DNA of 63,930 nt from contig NW_005434580.1 in NCBI RefSeq assembly GCF_000315625.1, positions 53,170 through 117,099 of the forward strand, in the 5' to 3' direction. Source of the stretch: Guillardia theta CCMP2712 (lineage: Eukaryota > Protista > Cryptophyta). Made by a program: the position numbers and the translations under genes. The notes beneath the pieces are model-generated. The model made no database searches, was not told where the DNA came from, and was given only the letters and a program-made list of their open reading frames with translations. This document shows positions 35,800-49,257 of the stretch, in pieces (position 1 is the first letter of the stretch; each line of letters begins with the position of its first letter).

Positions 35800-38562
35800 T
35801 CAGCAGCCCTGAGTCCTTCGGCATGGCGGCTGAGTATCATAGGGAGGATAAGAAGACCTTCCTTGCGGAGATCTCGAGCGCCGGGTCATCGAGCTGACTG
35901 CGACCCCCATCTCCTTCATCCTCCTCACGTCGAACGCGGTCGTCCGGGTCGGCTGCGAGACACTGCCATGGCGTCAGGAGGAGAAAGAAGGATCATGAAA
36001 CTTACAGCCGGGCGGAAGGGGAGGAGGAGGAGGCAGGCCTGCGAGTGAGGGGGGGAGGGAGGAGAGGAGGAGGAGAGGAGGTCTTGGTCAAGGGCTGCCA
36101 GCTCCTCTCTTTCTCCTTCAGGCTGAAGTCGAAGGGCTCGGGACTGTGCATGACGCAGGAGGGCTTGAGCTCGGGGGAGATGCATCGGCCGGAGACAGCA
36201 TGGAAAGTAAGGGAAGCTACCTCTTCCGCATACCTTCGCATCTCCAGCTCGTCCCTTCCCTCCTCCTCCTCCTCCTGCTGGCACTGGCGATGGCCCTGCT
36301 CCTTGCCCTCTCCCTTGCAGGCCTCCTCCCTCCTCCCAAACGTCTCCTGCAGGTCAAAGAAACTCTCAGGCTCGGCCGCGTCTAAGTTGAGTGCCAGCGG
36401 CTCGAACTCCTTCTGTCCGTCAAGCCCGAGCAGCAGCGCCTCGAACTCCTCCTGCCACTGATCCTTGTCCGGCAGCTCCTGCCCCTGTCCTGCTGTCCCT
36501 GGGGTCTGCGGCACGCTCTGCGTTTGCTCCTCTGTACTCCCTCCCGGCAGGGGTGCTGGTTGCTCGCTGACCTTTGCTTCCATCGGAGCGGAGATCTCCT
36601 GGGGAAGAGAACAATCGCCGGAGGAGGAGGAGGAGGAGGTCTGCTGCTGCTGCTGAGGAGGAGCCTCGTCCCCTGCGGAGAAGGTCAGGCAGGGGGTCGT
36701 GAAGGGGAGGAGCGGACCGAGGAGGAGCTTCTCGAATTCGTCTTGCCACTGCTCCTTGGCTTCTTCTTTCTTCTCCACTTCCTCCTTGACGCCATCCAGC
36801 TTCGCCTCTTCCATACTGCTCTCCAGTTTCTTCGGCAGTGTGCGCTCCTTTGCATTCTCCTGCTTCCTAGGGGTCTCCGACTGCCTCGCCTGCTCCCGCC
36901 TGAGGGTGGAGGAGCCGAAGCTGGAGGAGAAGGAGGGGCTGGAGAGGCGAGAGAGGGAGAGTCCCTCTTGCTGTATCACGATCTTGAAGTTGTTCGGTGC
37001 GGTAGGGGAGGACGTGCATCTTTCGAATTTCCTCCTGGTGATCGAAAGGAGACAGGACGGTCAGGGCGAGGAGAGGATGAGGATGAAAACTTACTCTTTG
37101 CCTCCTTGTCGAACAAGAGGAAGCTCGTCAAACTGCGATTGACATCAAGAAGGAACAGAACGATTTGAGATGAAAGGAAATGTAAGAGGAGGGCAAGAAA
37201 ACTCAATCAGTGACAAAATGAAATCCGTGAGCAAACTCAATCATTGAAAGCTCAATCTAACAAGACAGAAGAGTTCGACTCTCTTTGTCATTGACAGCAA
37301 TCTCTCTCCCCCGTCATCACTTCTTGCCTCTCTTACCAGCGTCGCTGACGACGGCAACCTTTGAGTCGGAGACAGGCAGTTGGCGTACGCTAGTCCAAGC
37401 CCGATGACCCCTGCTGTCTGCCTCAATGCCTAGTTCACCACCCCTCCTCTCTCCCACCTTTCCTTCCCAGGTCCCACAACCTCCTCTCCTGACTCTTCAA
37501 GAAGTGTTGTTGAGGCCCGATAATGCTTCCAGGTCTGCCAAGTGACATCAGCCTTGTTCTCCACCTCTGCTCTGCTTTGGTCTGCTCCGCTCCGCTCTGT
37601 CCCGCTCTCTGCTCTACTCTGCCCTCTCCTCAACTTCTCCATCTCCCAGTATCCAACTCCTGTCGTCCTCATCACAGGAAACTTCACCTTGCTATCCGAA
37701 GCCAGCCGATGCTTTCTTCAGCAGTAAAACCGTATGCCTTCATAAGGAACAGACCTGAAAGACAGTCACTTACCCCTCTCTATTCATGTCAAGTTGCCTA
37801 TAAGAGTTTGAGTCCGCCCAAGACCGGCAGAGCAATGAACAGCAGTGACCGACTGAGACGACTCGGCGATGGATAGGAACCTGAAAACACAACAGTCATC
37901 TCATATATCTCACGTGCATCTTCATCGTCTCTTCTCCTCCAAACATCTTTCCTCTCTCTTTCCCTCGTCTCATCTCTCTCTGTCTCTCTGCATCCTCTTC
38001 TTCTCATTCTAAATCATTCTCTCTCTCTTTCTTCATCGCAACATGTCGTATCAACCTGTCGATCGTGGCATCGGACGGTGTCGCTCGGGCGTTGTAGTTG
38101 ATGTCATGATGTCGGAACCCTAACAAACAGCAATCAGAACGCACCAACAACCTTCGCCCACAATGCACACCGGCGTTCACAAAGTCTTTGGGATCATAAC
38201 TGCAGCAAACTTCACGTCAGTCGTCCATCGGCGCAACTCTGCTCTTCAAACTCAGCACAGCACCTGTATCCGTTCAACCGGATGATGTCTTCTACATTCA
38301 TGGACTTCAACACGTTGATGTAGTCAGCGGGGGTGTGCGACACGGTCCCGTCTGAGTTCTTTGCTCTCTGCCTTGCCGTCAGACGGACAGGAACAAATTC
38401 CTCGCTGTTCTCCAAACCTTCTCTCGCGGGCTCTTGAACGCTACAAACTTGCCCTCTACGATCGTGTTGAGATTTCCGTTACCGTGATCGTCATAATGCT
38501 AAAGTGCGCTTGTGAGATCAACGCCGAAACGAACATAGAGCAGGGGAAGAGACCATCAAAGT

Positions 38563-38622
<60 letters not shown>

Positions 38623-39474
38623 CACAGGAGCAGGAGCAGCAGACACAAGAGCCAGTGCAAATGGAAGAAGACAAAGTGGTTCCATGGATGGAGACGAGGA
38701 GGAGGAGGAGGAGGGAGGAGGGAGGAGAGGACCAGAGGGAAGGAGGAGTGTGAGAACAGTACCAGATACTCTTCAGGGTCGAACCTCAACGGGTTGAACA
38801 CGCCTTTCTGCATCGCCCGCTCCAGCCCCGACCAGCAAGAGGTCAGATGGAGCTCGAAGCTCACGGGATCCCAAGTCGCATCCCTGTAGTTGAGGCAGAC
38901 GTCCCGCGGGATGTTGGCGAACGGCTTCATGGCTTCTGCCGGAGGGACGTGGAGGACAACAACCATGAAGGCGCCGCAGAGGAAGATCGAGTTAGTGAGG
39001 TCCTTGGGCTCGGGGGACGTGTAGAACACGAGCTTGTTCGAGGGCCCTTGGACCAAGAAGTCTTGCACCTCCTGACAGAATAACATGATGGCTGCGAGGT
39101 TCGGGGGCCCAAAGTCTGCAGCGAAGGGAACATACCTCGTCCTCTTGTTAAGGCTCATGAAATGCACATCGTCCTGCGGGCAGAGAGTCAGGCTCCTCCA
39201 GGACATTTAGAGATTCTTTGACGCTTCCCACCTGATCGATGGGCTTCCTGTGCAGGGCTGCAAGGAAGAACCTGTCGTCGAGGATGGAGACGAGAGCTCT
39301 GAAGTTCTCCACCCCCTCGGGAGAGAAGTCCGACTCGTCCACAGACTCCGACACAAAGAACCGCTCGTCATGGCCAGGGATCGAGTACCATTTGCAGCAG
39401 TCCCTGTTTCTCGTCGGCGATCGCAGAGCATCTCGATCAACAGTGCTCTCTTTCTCGTTCTTCTCCTCAAACAT
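35800..39474 (-). CDS. CDC14: Cdc14-like dual-specificity phosphatase with long disordered C-terminal tail; general-acid Asp replaced
   Basis: YVPFAADFGPPNLA, TNSIFLCGAFMV, YRDAT, FDPEEYL|HYDDHGNGNLNTIVEGKFVAFKSP, IIRLN, YDPKDFVNAGFRHHD, AVHCSAGLGRTQTLI|GLFLMKAYGFTAEESIGWLRIAR|PGSIIGPQQHFL. In-phase splicing continues into the 36005-37037 exon and ends ...RRTQGC* at 35800. The start may lie one exon further upstream. Confidence 0.9.
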
Positions 39475-40596
39475 GTCTCTACAAGGAAACACCGATGACA
39501 TGTGGGCGCCGACCCTTTCCGCCTTGAACCACGCCGTTCCTCCACGAGGAAATCAAACAAGTTGAGAAAGAGGTAAGGCACAGAGCTATGATGTGGAGAT
39601 TTCTTGGAGTTGAGTAGGAGGGAGGAGGTGCGGAGGTGAGGGACGGAAGAAGAGGAGAGGAGAGGAGAGGAGGAGGAGGAGGAGAGGGTAGTGAGGAAAG
39701 GAAGTAGTTTGAGGTGGGGAAGGAGAAGCGAAGGTCAATGACGAACCGCAATAATACTTGTAAATTACATTAAAAATATTTAATTGGATATAACACCACT
39801 AAAACTATTGTAAATGATGGTACGTGAGTGTTTATATTATTTTAGGTCATATCACGCGGGCTATAATGATAAAAGTCATTTTAACTGCGTGTGGGTTTGT
39901 GAAACGTTGAGATTTCCTGACTTCTCACACCGTTGCCTCTTTCATGTTTTGAACCCCCACCCCCTCTTTCCTCTGTCCGACTACCCCTACGATCGGATGG
40001 GCTATAGTTGAGAACGTACCACCCTTTTATTTAATCAGACTCCTTGCCGTACCCCCTCCATAGATTGTCTTTCTTCCGTATGAACACTTACCTTAGTACA
40101 TAACCACTATTTCCTATTGTCATACATAGTAAATATTTTATCTTGGGAACATTTTGAACACGTATGGAAGATACACCCACCCTTGTTGTAAACTACATCA
40201 TCAACTACCCACCCTTGAAAGAAGTACTCGTCGGGCCGTGATGATGCGACCTCCGCCGATGTGTTTACAAGAATACAATATCAGTCAATCTTACACTTGG
40301 CCTCCGCCCCAGTGACTATTTATAAAGATGTGTCAAGACAGCAAAATTTTCTATATATTGGTAAAAGGTGCCAAATTTCTGTCCAGAACTATAGGGCCAA
40401 TGGAAGGGCAGCAACAAGAACTACCCTAAGGATATTTGTAACATCTGTAGATATCGTGGGCAGCAAACCTGCCTTGACCAACCCAGCACGTGCAGCATGC
40501 GAGGGAAAGGAGACGAACAAAGGTCAGCAGCGCAGGATGGGGACGAGGAGGGAGGGATATGGTGGGATGAAAAGAGGTGAATCAAGGGAAAGATAC

Positions 40597-40890
40597 TCAG
40601 ATGAAGTGGGCTATCAGCAATTGTATATTCGTGGCTGTCTTATCTCCATGTTTTGCCTGCTTTGTTGTGGGATTGTGCTGTCGATATATTGTGAATTCCT
40701 TGGGGAATGAGAACGATGGCGTGTTGAGAACTTGATCAGCATGGTATAATCGGGCGCTTCTGCATCCCGTGCTTCGTTCCGACTCGTCGGAAGGAGGAGA
40801 GGGAACCATCAAACGGAACGCGCCCTTCATGGCCATGCGAGAAATGTCGGGGCCTTTGGTTTTTGGTAGCTGCTGTGTGACTTCGGTCAT
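40597..40890 (-). CDS. Short intronless hypothetical protein
   Basis: 97 aa ATG ORF in non-repetitive sequence. No homology recognised. Confidence 0.35.
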   Translation of the reverse strand: MTEVTQQLPKTKGPDISRMAMKGAFRLMVPSPPSDESERSTGCRSARLYHADQVLNTPSFSFPKEFTIYRQHNPTTKQAKHGDKTATNIQLLIAHFI

Positions 40891-42262
40891 AAATCCTCAC
40901 AGCTGTCAAGAATTTCGGGCCCCGGAAATGTTTCAGTGAGCCTCCAATAGTATGAGAATGGAAAGACAAACGATTGAGTGCGCGAGGTTGATGGTTGAAT
41001 GAAATGTTTCTGTCGGGAGTGGTGCTGTTGTTTTGTGAAGTTTCACTGTATTGCCTCGTTCTGTTGATACTGAATGATTGATGTCGCAGGGACAGAACGT
41101 AAGATCACCAACGACGTTTCCAGCAGCTTTGCTGTGAGCGGTCCCATCGTGAAATGCTGTGAGCGGCCCCATCGTGAAATGTAAACCTAGTGTAGTTCAT
41201 ACATGTACACCTAGTCATATGATTCAACCTTTGCTATCTAGCTCGCAAAGATGTAAGTTCTTGGAATGTTGAATGTGTAAATATCTCCTCCGTTTCAATG
41301 ACTTCTCTATTCTGTACTCAAACCTCCTCCTGTCCTCAAATTTCCTCCCAACTCTCCCGACTACCGTTCACCAACACAGAGACAACATCTTACAAAACGA
41401 ACGATACTCGTAGAACAACACATGATTGCACGAGCTTTCTCCGGCTAAAAATTCCCTCGTGCACAACAATGGCACCATGTTATCTCCTTGCTCAACATCT
41501 TAAAACACCCTCCCACGTCTCACAAGCACTTGTAGGGACTTGCGTTGTCTCTCAGCAATCGTCTCGATCATAACAAGAACATCGGCATCATTCAGTATCC
41601 TGAAGTTGATTTTGATTTCACTCCAGACGTCTCCCCACACATTCCTTCCTGTTCACGCTAAGACAGTAGAAGTTGTCGCCAAGAACGGAGGAGGGGGCAG
41701 GAAAGGGCTGACAGACGTAGCACGACGGTGCCGGTGAGCGTAGGCTCGAAGGACAGGAGTTTCCTTCATCTCTGCTGCAGCGGAGAGGATTATCACCTTG
41801 TACATTCTATCAGCTCACCATGTTCCCAGGCAGTCCCTATCTCATCCCCCCTCCCTCCTCCTCCCTCACTCCCCCTTCCTCCCTCCCTCCCTCCCCCTCC
41901 CCCCCTCCCCATTCCTCCCCCCCCCTCCCTCCCTCCCTCCCCCTCCCTCCCTCCCTCCCTGCCTCCCTCCCTCCGCTCGGCTCGGCTCCCTTCCTCCGTC
42001 GCCNNNNNNNNNNNNNNNNNNNNNNNNNNNNNNNNNNNNNNNNNNNNNNNNNNNNNNNNNNNNNNNNNNNNNNNNNNNNNNNNNNNNNNNNNNNNNNNNN
42101 NNNNNNNNNNNNNNNNNNNNNNNNNNNNNNNNNTTCTCTCTTTTCTCTTTCTTTATCTTCCTCACATACCTCGACAAGCAAATCCTGTGGATATGGCCCC
42201 CGCCACCCCCCTTCCCCCCCGAACTATTCCGTTAGTACATGAGGCAATCAAACAAGTTGGGA

Positions 42263-42326
<64 letters not shown>

Positions 42327-42654
42327 GGGGGGGAGGGGGGGGAGAGAGAGAGGAGGAGGAGGAGGAGGAGGAGGGGTCAGTCAGTACTTGCAGGCCAGTC
42401 AAGGCATTCAGAGGAGGGGCGGCATATGACGAGAGCAGGAATGCAGATTCTGCAAGTTTGCAAGTAGGAGGTGACGTTGGGGTTGCACACAAAGATGCGC
42501 TAACGGGAAGAAGCTGCAGTCAAGGAGCAGGACGAGGAACTCAGAGCAGCTGTCACAGCATCTTACGCTCATGCAGGGCTGGACGAATGGCGAAGGGGGA
42601 GCCGAGATGCTGAGACGCTCGCGCTGACTGTGAAGCTACAAGACTCGGAGGACC

Positions 42655-44672
42655 ATGAGGGAGCCGGGGGAGCTCGGACTCGCCTCCTTGGGACGGATCG
42701 CTCTTGTGCTCTTCTCCCTTCTCCTCGTCGGAACGCTACTGGCCGCAAGATGGCCAGGGGGGGACTTGCTGAGCAGGGAAGTTGCGATGGGTGTGTACGG
42801 CCTGTTGTCCTTGCAACGTCCGATCGGCACGGGGAGGAGCAGAGGTGCGGAGCATGTCGATTGCTCCACACAGAGTGACTGATGTGCTTGTCCAGGCCTC
42901 AAGCTCCTCAGCAACTCACGGGAACAACCTCCGGCCAGCAACGACACCGGCTCGGTTCCTCCTTTCCCTCCCATCTTTCCTTTGCCCCATCACTGGGAGA
43001 ACGGCAGCATGACCGTCAACCTGGTCCCTGACTTCAAGTTTGAGATCGCCTCCTCCTCCAAGGACCTCCTCTCCCTAGCCGCACGCTACAGGAAGATATG
43101 CTTTCCTCGCAAAGCGCGTTGGGCTCCCAACCGACAGGACAGGAGCACGGCTCTCACCAAGCTTCAGCTCGTTGTAACGTCTCCCGATCACGTCCTCAGT
43201 CCGCACACGGACGAGTCCTACACCCTCCTGCTACCTGCCGGGGGCAAGGGCGAGGGAGGGAGGGTGGCTGTGCTAGAGGCCAGCACGCAGTTTGGGGCCA
43301 TGAGAGGGCTGGAGACTTTCTCGCAGCTGCTGCACTTCGACTTTGACCTGAGTGCCTACAGGGTCCTCCATGCTCCATGGCAGGTGAAGGACAAGCCTCG
43401 CTTCCCTCACCGCGAGCTCCTTGTGGACTCAGCCAGGCATTTCCTCCCCGTCCGCGTCCTGAAGGACCTCCTCTCCTCCCTCTCCTTCGCCAAGATCAAC
43501 GTCCTCCACTGGCACCTTGCCGACACCCAGTCGTTCCCCATGCAGAGCAGGAACAACCCCGAGCTCTCAAGGAGAGGAAGCTTCTCCTCTGACGAGACCT
43601 ACTCCGAGGATGACGTGGCAGAGATCGTCGAGTGGGGGAGAATGCGGGGGGTCCGCGTCCTCCCTGAGATCGACATGCCGGGGCACGCGGCGAGCTGGTG
43701 CAGGGGATACCCCAAGATCTGCCCCAGCCCCTCCTGCCTCGAGCCGTTGAGCCCGGTCATGCCGACCCCTCTAACTCCCTTCGCTTCCGACGATACCTTC
43801 ACGGTAGTGGAGAGGCTGATGGGGGACGTTGTCAGCTCCTTCCCGGAGCCTCTGCTGCACCTTGGAGGAGACGAGGTGAACACAAGCTGCTGGGAGGCAT
43901 CGGAGAGCATCAAGGGATGGATGAAGCAGAACAACCTGACGACAGGAGATGCGTTTAAGCTCTTCCTCTTGCGTGCGCACGCCATGGCAGCCAAGTTCCA
44001 CAGGCGGCCGGTGGTGTGGGACGAAGTGTGGGACGTGGTAGGAGCAAACTTGAGCAAGGACGTAATCATTCAGCAGTGGAGATGGGGAGGAAACCACGTG
44101 AATAGGACCAAGAATGTAACGTCCAACGGATATCAGCTGATCTGGATGGTGGACCCGGACTGGTACCTTGACAGCCTGTCGACAGGATGGGAGAAAATCC
44201 ACACGACCGACTTGTGCGAGGGCTTGACTGAGGAAGAGTGTGAGCGAGTGATAGGAGGAGGCGGCGGCATGTGGGGGGAGACAGTGGATGCCTCGGACCT
44301 GGAGCAGGTAGGAAATGACCCAGGGATGAGGGGTGGGGGTAATGCATCCTTGCAGACAGTCTGGCCTCGGATGGCAGCCTTGGCAGAAGTCCTGTGGTCA
44401 CCTGCTCCAACGGGAAAGAGGTGAGAAGGAGGGAAGACCGCGCGGTTTCAGCCTCTCCTGACGTCCTTGCAAGGTCGCACGAGCTCGCCTGGTCCCTCAA
44501 CGTGACGAGGTCGAGGTTGAAAGCTTTCCGCTGCCTCCTCCTTCAGCGTTAGCACAACCTCAACTTGCTCTCGTGCTCTAACGACTGTACAGGAGGAGTA
44601 CGCGCGGCACCTGTTGACAATGCTGTGGCTCGAACAGCTCCTTCGGGGCCAGGAGGTTGTAGGGATGCGTGA
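42655..44672 (+). CDS. Beta-N-acetylhexosaminidase (GH20), secreted or membrane-anchored
   Basis: Hydrophobic N-terminus, IFPLP, DESYTL, GAMRGLETFSQL, DKPRFPHRELLVDSARHF, KINVLHWHL, RVLPEIDMPGH, catalytic HLGGDEV, MWGETVD and WPRMAALAEVLWS. The spliced end FRCLLLQRGVRAAPVDNAVARTAPSGPGGC resembles plant HEXO1-type enzymes. Confidence 0.95.
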
Positions 44673-44841
44673 GCGAAGATGTGTTAAGAGGATAACATAG
44701 TTACACAGTAACATTCACTCCTTCAATTACATTACACACGCAATCTCTCTTCATACCCCGATTATTAGGTACACTATACTCGTTGGTCCATTTGTTCCCA
44801 CGGTTCTACACCATAACAAAGATCCAAGTTCACGGATTGTT

Positions 44842-45270
44842 TCATATCTGGAAGTCCAACGACACATCCTGTAACGTTGGACATGACGCTCGTCGAGCTT
44901 TAGAAACCATCATACCCTTCAAGTTTGCCTGGATCAAGTTGCGAGCAGAGCCATTCCTCTGGAACGCCTGCATGTCGCCGTCCATTACGTGGCGTTTGAT
45001 CCCATTCTCTTCGATGTGATTCAGCCTGTACAGGATATGGAGAAGACGTCGGTCTCGCTCTGCCGCCCTCCAGACTTGCTCGAGGTCGATTCGTACCAGC
45101 TCCCCTGTGCTATTCCTCCTCTGTGGCTTCCGATTCTGATCCTCTTTCACGCCGAAGAAATCCTCCCACACCTCCTTGCTCATTCGTCTTTCTTGAAACT
45201 TCTTGTCTATCACTACTTCCTCTTCACCTCCTCTCTCTGCCGTCACTTTGTGATGCATCCACCACTGCAT
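44842..45270 (-). CDS. Intronless hypothetical protein (142 aa) with RRNS/RRAS motifs
   Basis: Non-repetitive ATG ORF with a charged helical composition. Confidence 0.5.
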   Translation of the reverse strand: MQWWMHHKVTAERGGEEEVVIDKKFQERRMSKEVWEDFFGVKEDQNRKPQRRNSTGELVRIDLEQVWRAAERDRRLLHILYRLNHIEENGIKRHVMDGDMQAFQRNGSARNLIQANLKGMMVSKARRASCPTLQDVSLDFQI

Positions 45271-47237
45271 GGTCTCATCTCCAACCCAAAATCTCGACGT
45301 TTTGTTTGTCGTCTGGAAGAATGTGCCAACACAACTTAAGGCCTAAGCTTGTCTCCGAACGGATATTCCTGGAACCAACGACGTCAGCACCAGAAGCATT
45401 CAATTTCTTCTCATTCGAGCTTTCAAAACAAGAAATAACATATCTATTCCTCAAAGAGTCTAACTTGATGACTGACGATGAAGGGACATTTGCACTTGCA
45501 CTTGCGTGATGGCATGAGATTCCAAATATTACGCTCTCAAACGCATTCAACTTTTACAATCAGATTCGCCTCACAGGTTCACCCCTTATCTTGCTCTTTT
45601 CAACAACGAGAACATCCTCAAGAATCACAATTCGACAACTTTGCCACTGCCCCTCGTAATCTTGCTTTGCCTCACATCCTCGCTCAATTACTCATTTCTC
45701 ATCTCTTTGTTTCATCAACTCATCATCTTCTTCATTCTCATATCTAGAAGTGTCTACCCTCCAGCATGATCCTCCCTTCTCCCTTCTCCCTTCCATCTCA
45801 ACTCCTCCATGTCAACACTTCATTACAGCCTCTGCATTGTTTCGTCGGAGTTCCGATGACCCCACCCATCCGATTAACCAGGTTCTCAGAATCGACAACC
45901 CCACCCCTTGTTTTGTACCTCATATTTGGTATGGGATATGGGGTACCTTAACACCCTTCGTACTACCCCACCCTCCTATCTGTCTGGGGAAAACGTGATA
46001 AGCGGCAACCCTCGTGATTTAATATATCTACCCACTGCTTTACATCAGGTCAAGGCAGGTACCCCTGATTTGCCCACCTACTACCCACCTTTTGAACAGT
46101 ACCGTGGCAGGTTTCCAAACAACAACAATAATAATGTACATAGTGGGGGTAGGGGTGGTTCTGCGGATGGTCGCAATCCTAAAACTTGTTTTAATTCTGA
46201 CCGTCTTTGCTGATTTGGAAACGATGGTGGAAGAATGGAAGTATGCTCTATTATTCAAATTTCATCGAAGAATTTTATAAACTCTTCAAAACATTTGCTC
46301 TAAAATGAATGTTTTTATTTGTCCTCCAAAAAAAAAAGCTAGTGCCTCCTTTGACTGTCAGGTGATCCACCCCACCCCCTTCTTCACAACATGTCACAGT
46401 CAGCCTTCACCCCACCCCTCCACACAACCACCCCTTTATACGTCTACCAAACTCTATCTGCAGTACCTGTCACGTCCTCACAAATCTATTATCAAACCTC
46501 CCATGTCAAAACAGCTTACACGTATGCCATACCACCCCCTCACCTCCCCCACCCCATCAATTGAGGAACCCTACCCACCCAGGTGTGTACAGTACAATAA
46601 AAGCCTTAGTAGACTCAAAGCGGCATCCGACTCTTTGGGCCCGGGCGCCCGGTCTTCCGAGGGGTTTCAGGCTCATAACCGACGGAGCACAAGTTTGTTA
46701 GACTTGTACTGTGCCAAAGTCAGAGTCACGCAGATATCACATCGACCTCAGTTGTAACAAGACAGGTTTTGCTCAAGACCAAGTTTAATGCACACAAAAC
46801 CAGAATTGAGGAGCACATGAGAGATAGACTGTATGCTAGGATGTGAAACCCCTACTAGTCGGAAAGCCCCCTCTTCGTCCCACGTACTACATTGCCGCCT
46901 TGAAACACGTAAGTCGTCTTGGTTTACAGGAGAGTTTTTGTTAACTCGGCGCTATCTGACTTGGAACTCTGCTGACATGAAGTTCAGGCTCTTGTTTGTG
47001 TGACTTTCTGACGTCCGATGCCGCACGTACGATACTATCGAGTCAGGAACTCGGGGGGAGGATGGAGCGTATGCCAGCCGTGCCAGTCAGATAGCGCCGA
47101 GTTAACAAAACAGGCTCTCCTGTAAACCAAGACGACTTTACAACTGAGGTCGATGTGATATCTGCGTGACTTTGGCACAGTACTAGCAAGTCTAACGAAC
47201 TTGTGCTCCCGGTCATCAAGTCAGTTGACTGACCATC

Positions 47238-47275
47238 TTTACTCAAAGTTAAGTTAAAGATCAGTACGAGGACAA
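47238..47275 (-). repeat. 38 bp dispersed element, copy 2
   Basis: Exact reverse complement of 18518-18555. Confidence 0.95.
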
Positions 47276-48041
47276 AAAACTTGACTCAGTGAAATCGGAT
47301 GCACGGCCTGAACACAGAACGGCGTACACTTCAAGCGGCTTCTTTTTCACAACTTGGCTTCTCAGCCACTACTGACTCCCCGCCGCAGACCCGGAAATCA
47401 GCGGTGACCGTGCCGACCATGTATCAGATACTGAGCGGGGTACGGTCCGGCCCGCCGGGCCCGGCGCGGTCCCGGTCCCGGCATGGCCGGGGGCCGGGCC
47501 GCCGCCGCGCGCTGGCAGCCTCCATCACCCGGCCGCCGGGCCCGGAGTGCCAGTCGGACCGTCAGCGGTGACGCTGCCGGGAGTTACTAGACTGGACCAC
47601 TTCAGCTTAACTTCAGCCAGCCTAGGTCCAACGGCCGGGCGGCAGCAGCGACATGGCAGGTTGTGATGCTCCTGACAGTGCACGCGGCATCATGATGCTG
47701 AGGGGAGGAGCCTTGAGGGGGCTGCCAGGATCAGGCGGGAGTCAGATCAGTTGAAAGAGGAGAAGCGGCAGGGAACGTTCCGGGACTGAAAGAGCAGGGC
47801 GACGGAGGAGGGAGGAGGGAGGAAGAGGAGGGAGGAAGGAGAAAGGAAGGTAGGAGGGTTGAGATGGTAGCACGACGTGACTGAGAGGAGGATGCTGGCA
47901 AGGAGAAGCTGAGCTGAGCTGAGCTGGTGCACCCGGTAAAGGGGCGCAGGAAAGGATTAGAAGTCCTCGTTGAGAAGAGAAATGTCGGAGAGAAGATGAA
48001 AACAAGGTAGAGGGTTTGCAAGAGGGAAGCGAACAGGGTGG

Positions 48042-49257
48042 ATGGCAATCGACGGACGACAAGACTTGTACGGTGAATACAGTGACTGACACTCGTTCTG
48101 CAGGAGAGCGCGGCAAGAAAGACCTTCGGAACATGGAAGAATCCATCGACATTGTTCCTGTCGTCTTGTATGACAACTTGCGGCATGAAACGCTGAGAGT
48201 GTTGACAGATGTTGTTGGAGGAGGCGCAAAGAGGGGAGTACACAAGCGCGCAGGTAGGAAGAGCTACTTCCTTATGGTTGCATTTCTTTGCCTCATACTG
48301 CTCGCAAGGACGAGAAAGTTCTGCAGAGAATTTTTGAGAGGATCGACTTCAAGCGAGACAACAAGATCGACAAGGAAGAGCTGGAGCACTGCTTGCGAAC
48401 TCTGGGGTACGACCCTGTGAAAGTCAACCAGTACGGGATTTCGGAGGTGGAGCAGATGATCTGGGAGGTAGAGCGAGGGAGAGCTGGCGGGGTAGACTTG
48501 AGACGTGATCATGCTGCAGGTGGATGAAGACAGCGATGGCTGTGTTAGTCTGGATGAGTTCCACACCATGTTTGTTCGCAACCGCAATGACAGGTCCGCC
48601 GACCTTGAGCTGCCGTCTATCACTGACGTGCATGGTGGGTTCAGGACGGGGAGGGAGCCCAAGAAGCTGTACAACGTCTGCCAGTTCATGACGTTGGACA
48701 GGGATGGGGATGGATCTATTTCGACAGAAGAGTGTATGGAGATGATTATCCATCGCTTCGGAAGGTTGTTTGTGTTGTCTTTGAAGTTGATTTCTTTGTT
48801 TGACATGTCCTGCAACCTCGTCGTGTTCTGGGCTGAACAGGCAGAAGTTGGAGGAAGTATTTCATAATGGTATGCACGATCGAGAGATCACTCTCTCCGA
48901 CTTTCTGTTGCAAGTGAGTTGGTCGCACAGCACGGTGAGATGTTGTTGACTCCTCGATGCAGGTCAACAGGAACTACTCGATGCCCGACAAGGGGAGAAA
49001 GAAATCAGCGAGGATGAAGGCAAACAGTCTAGGTAAGAGAGCCGCCACCTAACTCACTTGCTCTCCGTCACCTCTCACTTGCTCTCCGTTACCTCCTACT
49101 TGCTCTCACTTGCTCTCCGTTACCTCTCCCTTGCTCTCCGTTACCTCCTACTTGCTCTCACTTGCTCTCCGTTACCTCGTACCTCCTCCTTTCTGCATGA
49201 TGTCACGTCTGTGACAACATTACTGCAGCAAGGATGCCTTCAATCAGCAAGAGATGA
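48042..49257 (+). CDS. EF-hand calcium-binding protein (calmodulin-like)
   Basis: Loops DFKRDNKIDKEE, DEDSDGCVSLDE and DRDGDGSISTEE with flanking helices. Short GT-AG introns give MAIDGRQDLY...ARMPSISKR*. Confidence 0.85.
49054..49185. repeat. Intronic degenerate minisatellite (CTTGCTCTCCGTTACCTC variants)
   Basis: About 6 variant copies in the last intron of the EF-hand gene. Confidence 0.8.

Noticed and set aside
41131-41180. 25 bp direct duplication (GCTGTGAGCGGYCCCATCGTGAAAT x2)
   Set aside because: Real, but most simply a local slippage duplication with no evidence of function.
18518-47275. A 29 kb autonomous transposon or endogenous virus bounded by the 38 bp inverted copies
   Set aside because: The interior is ordinary intron-rich host genes. 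No transposase, integrase, polymerase or capsid was recognised, and there is no evident target-site duplication.
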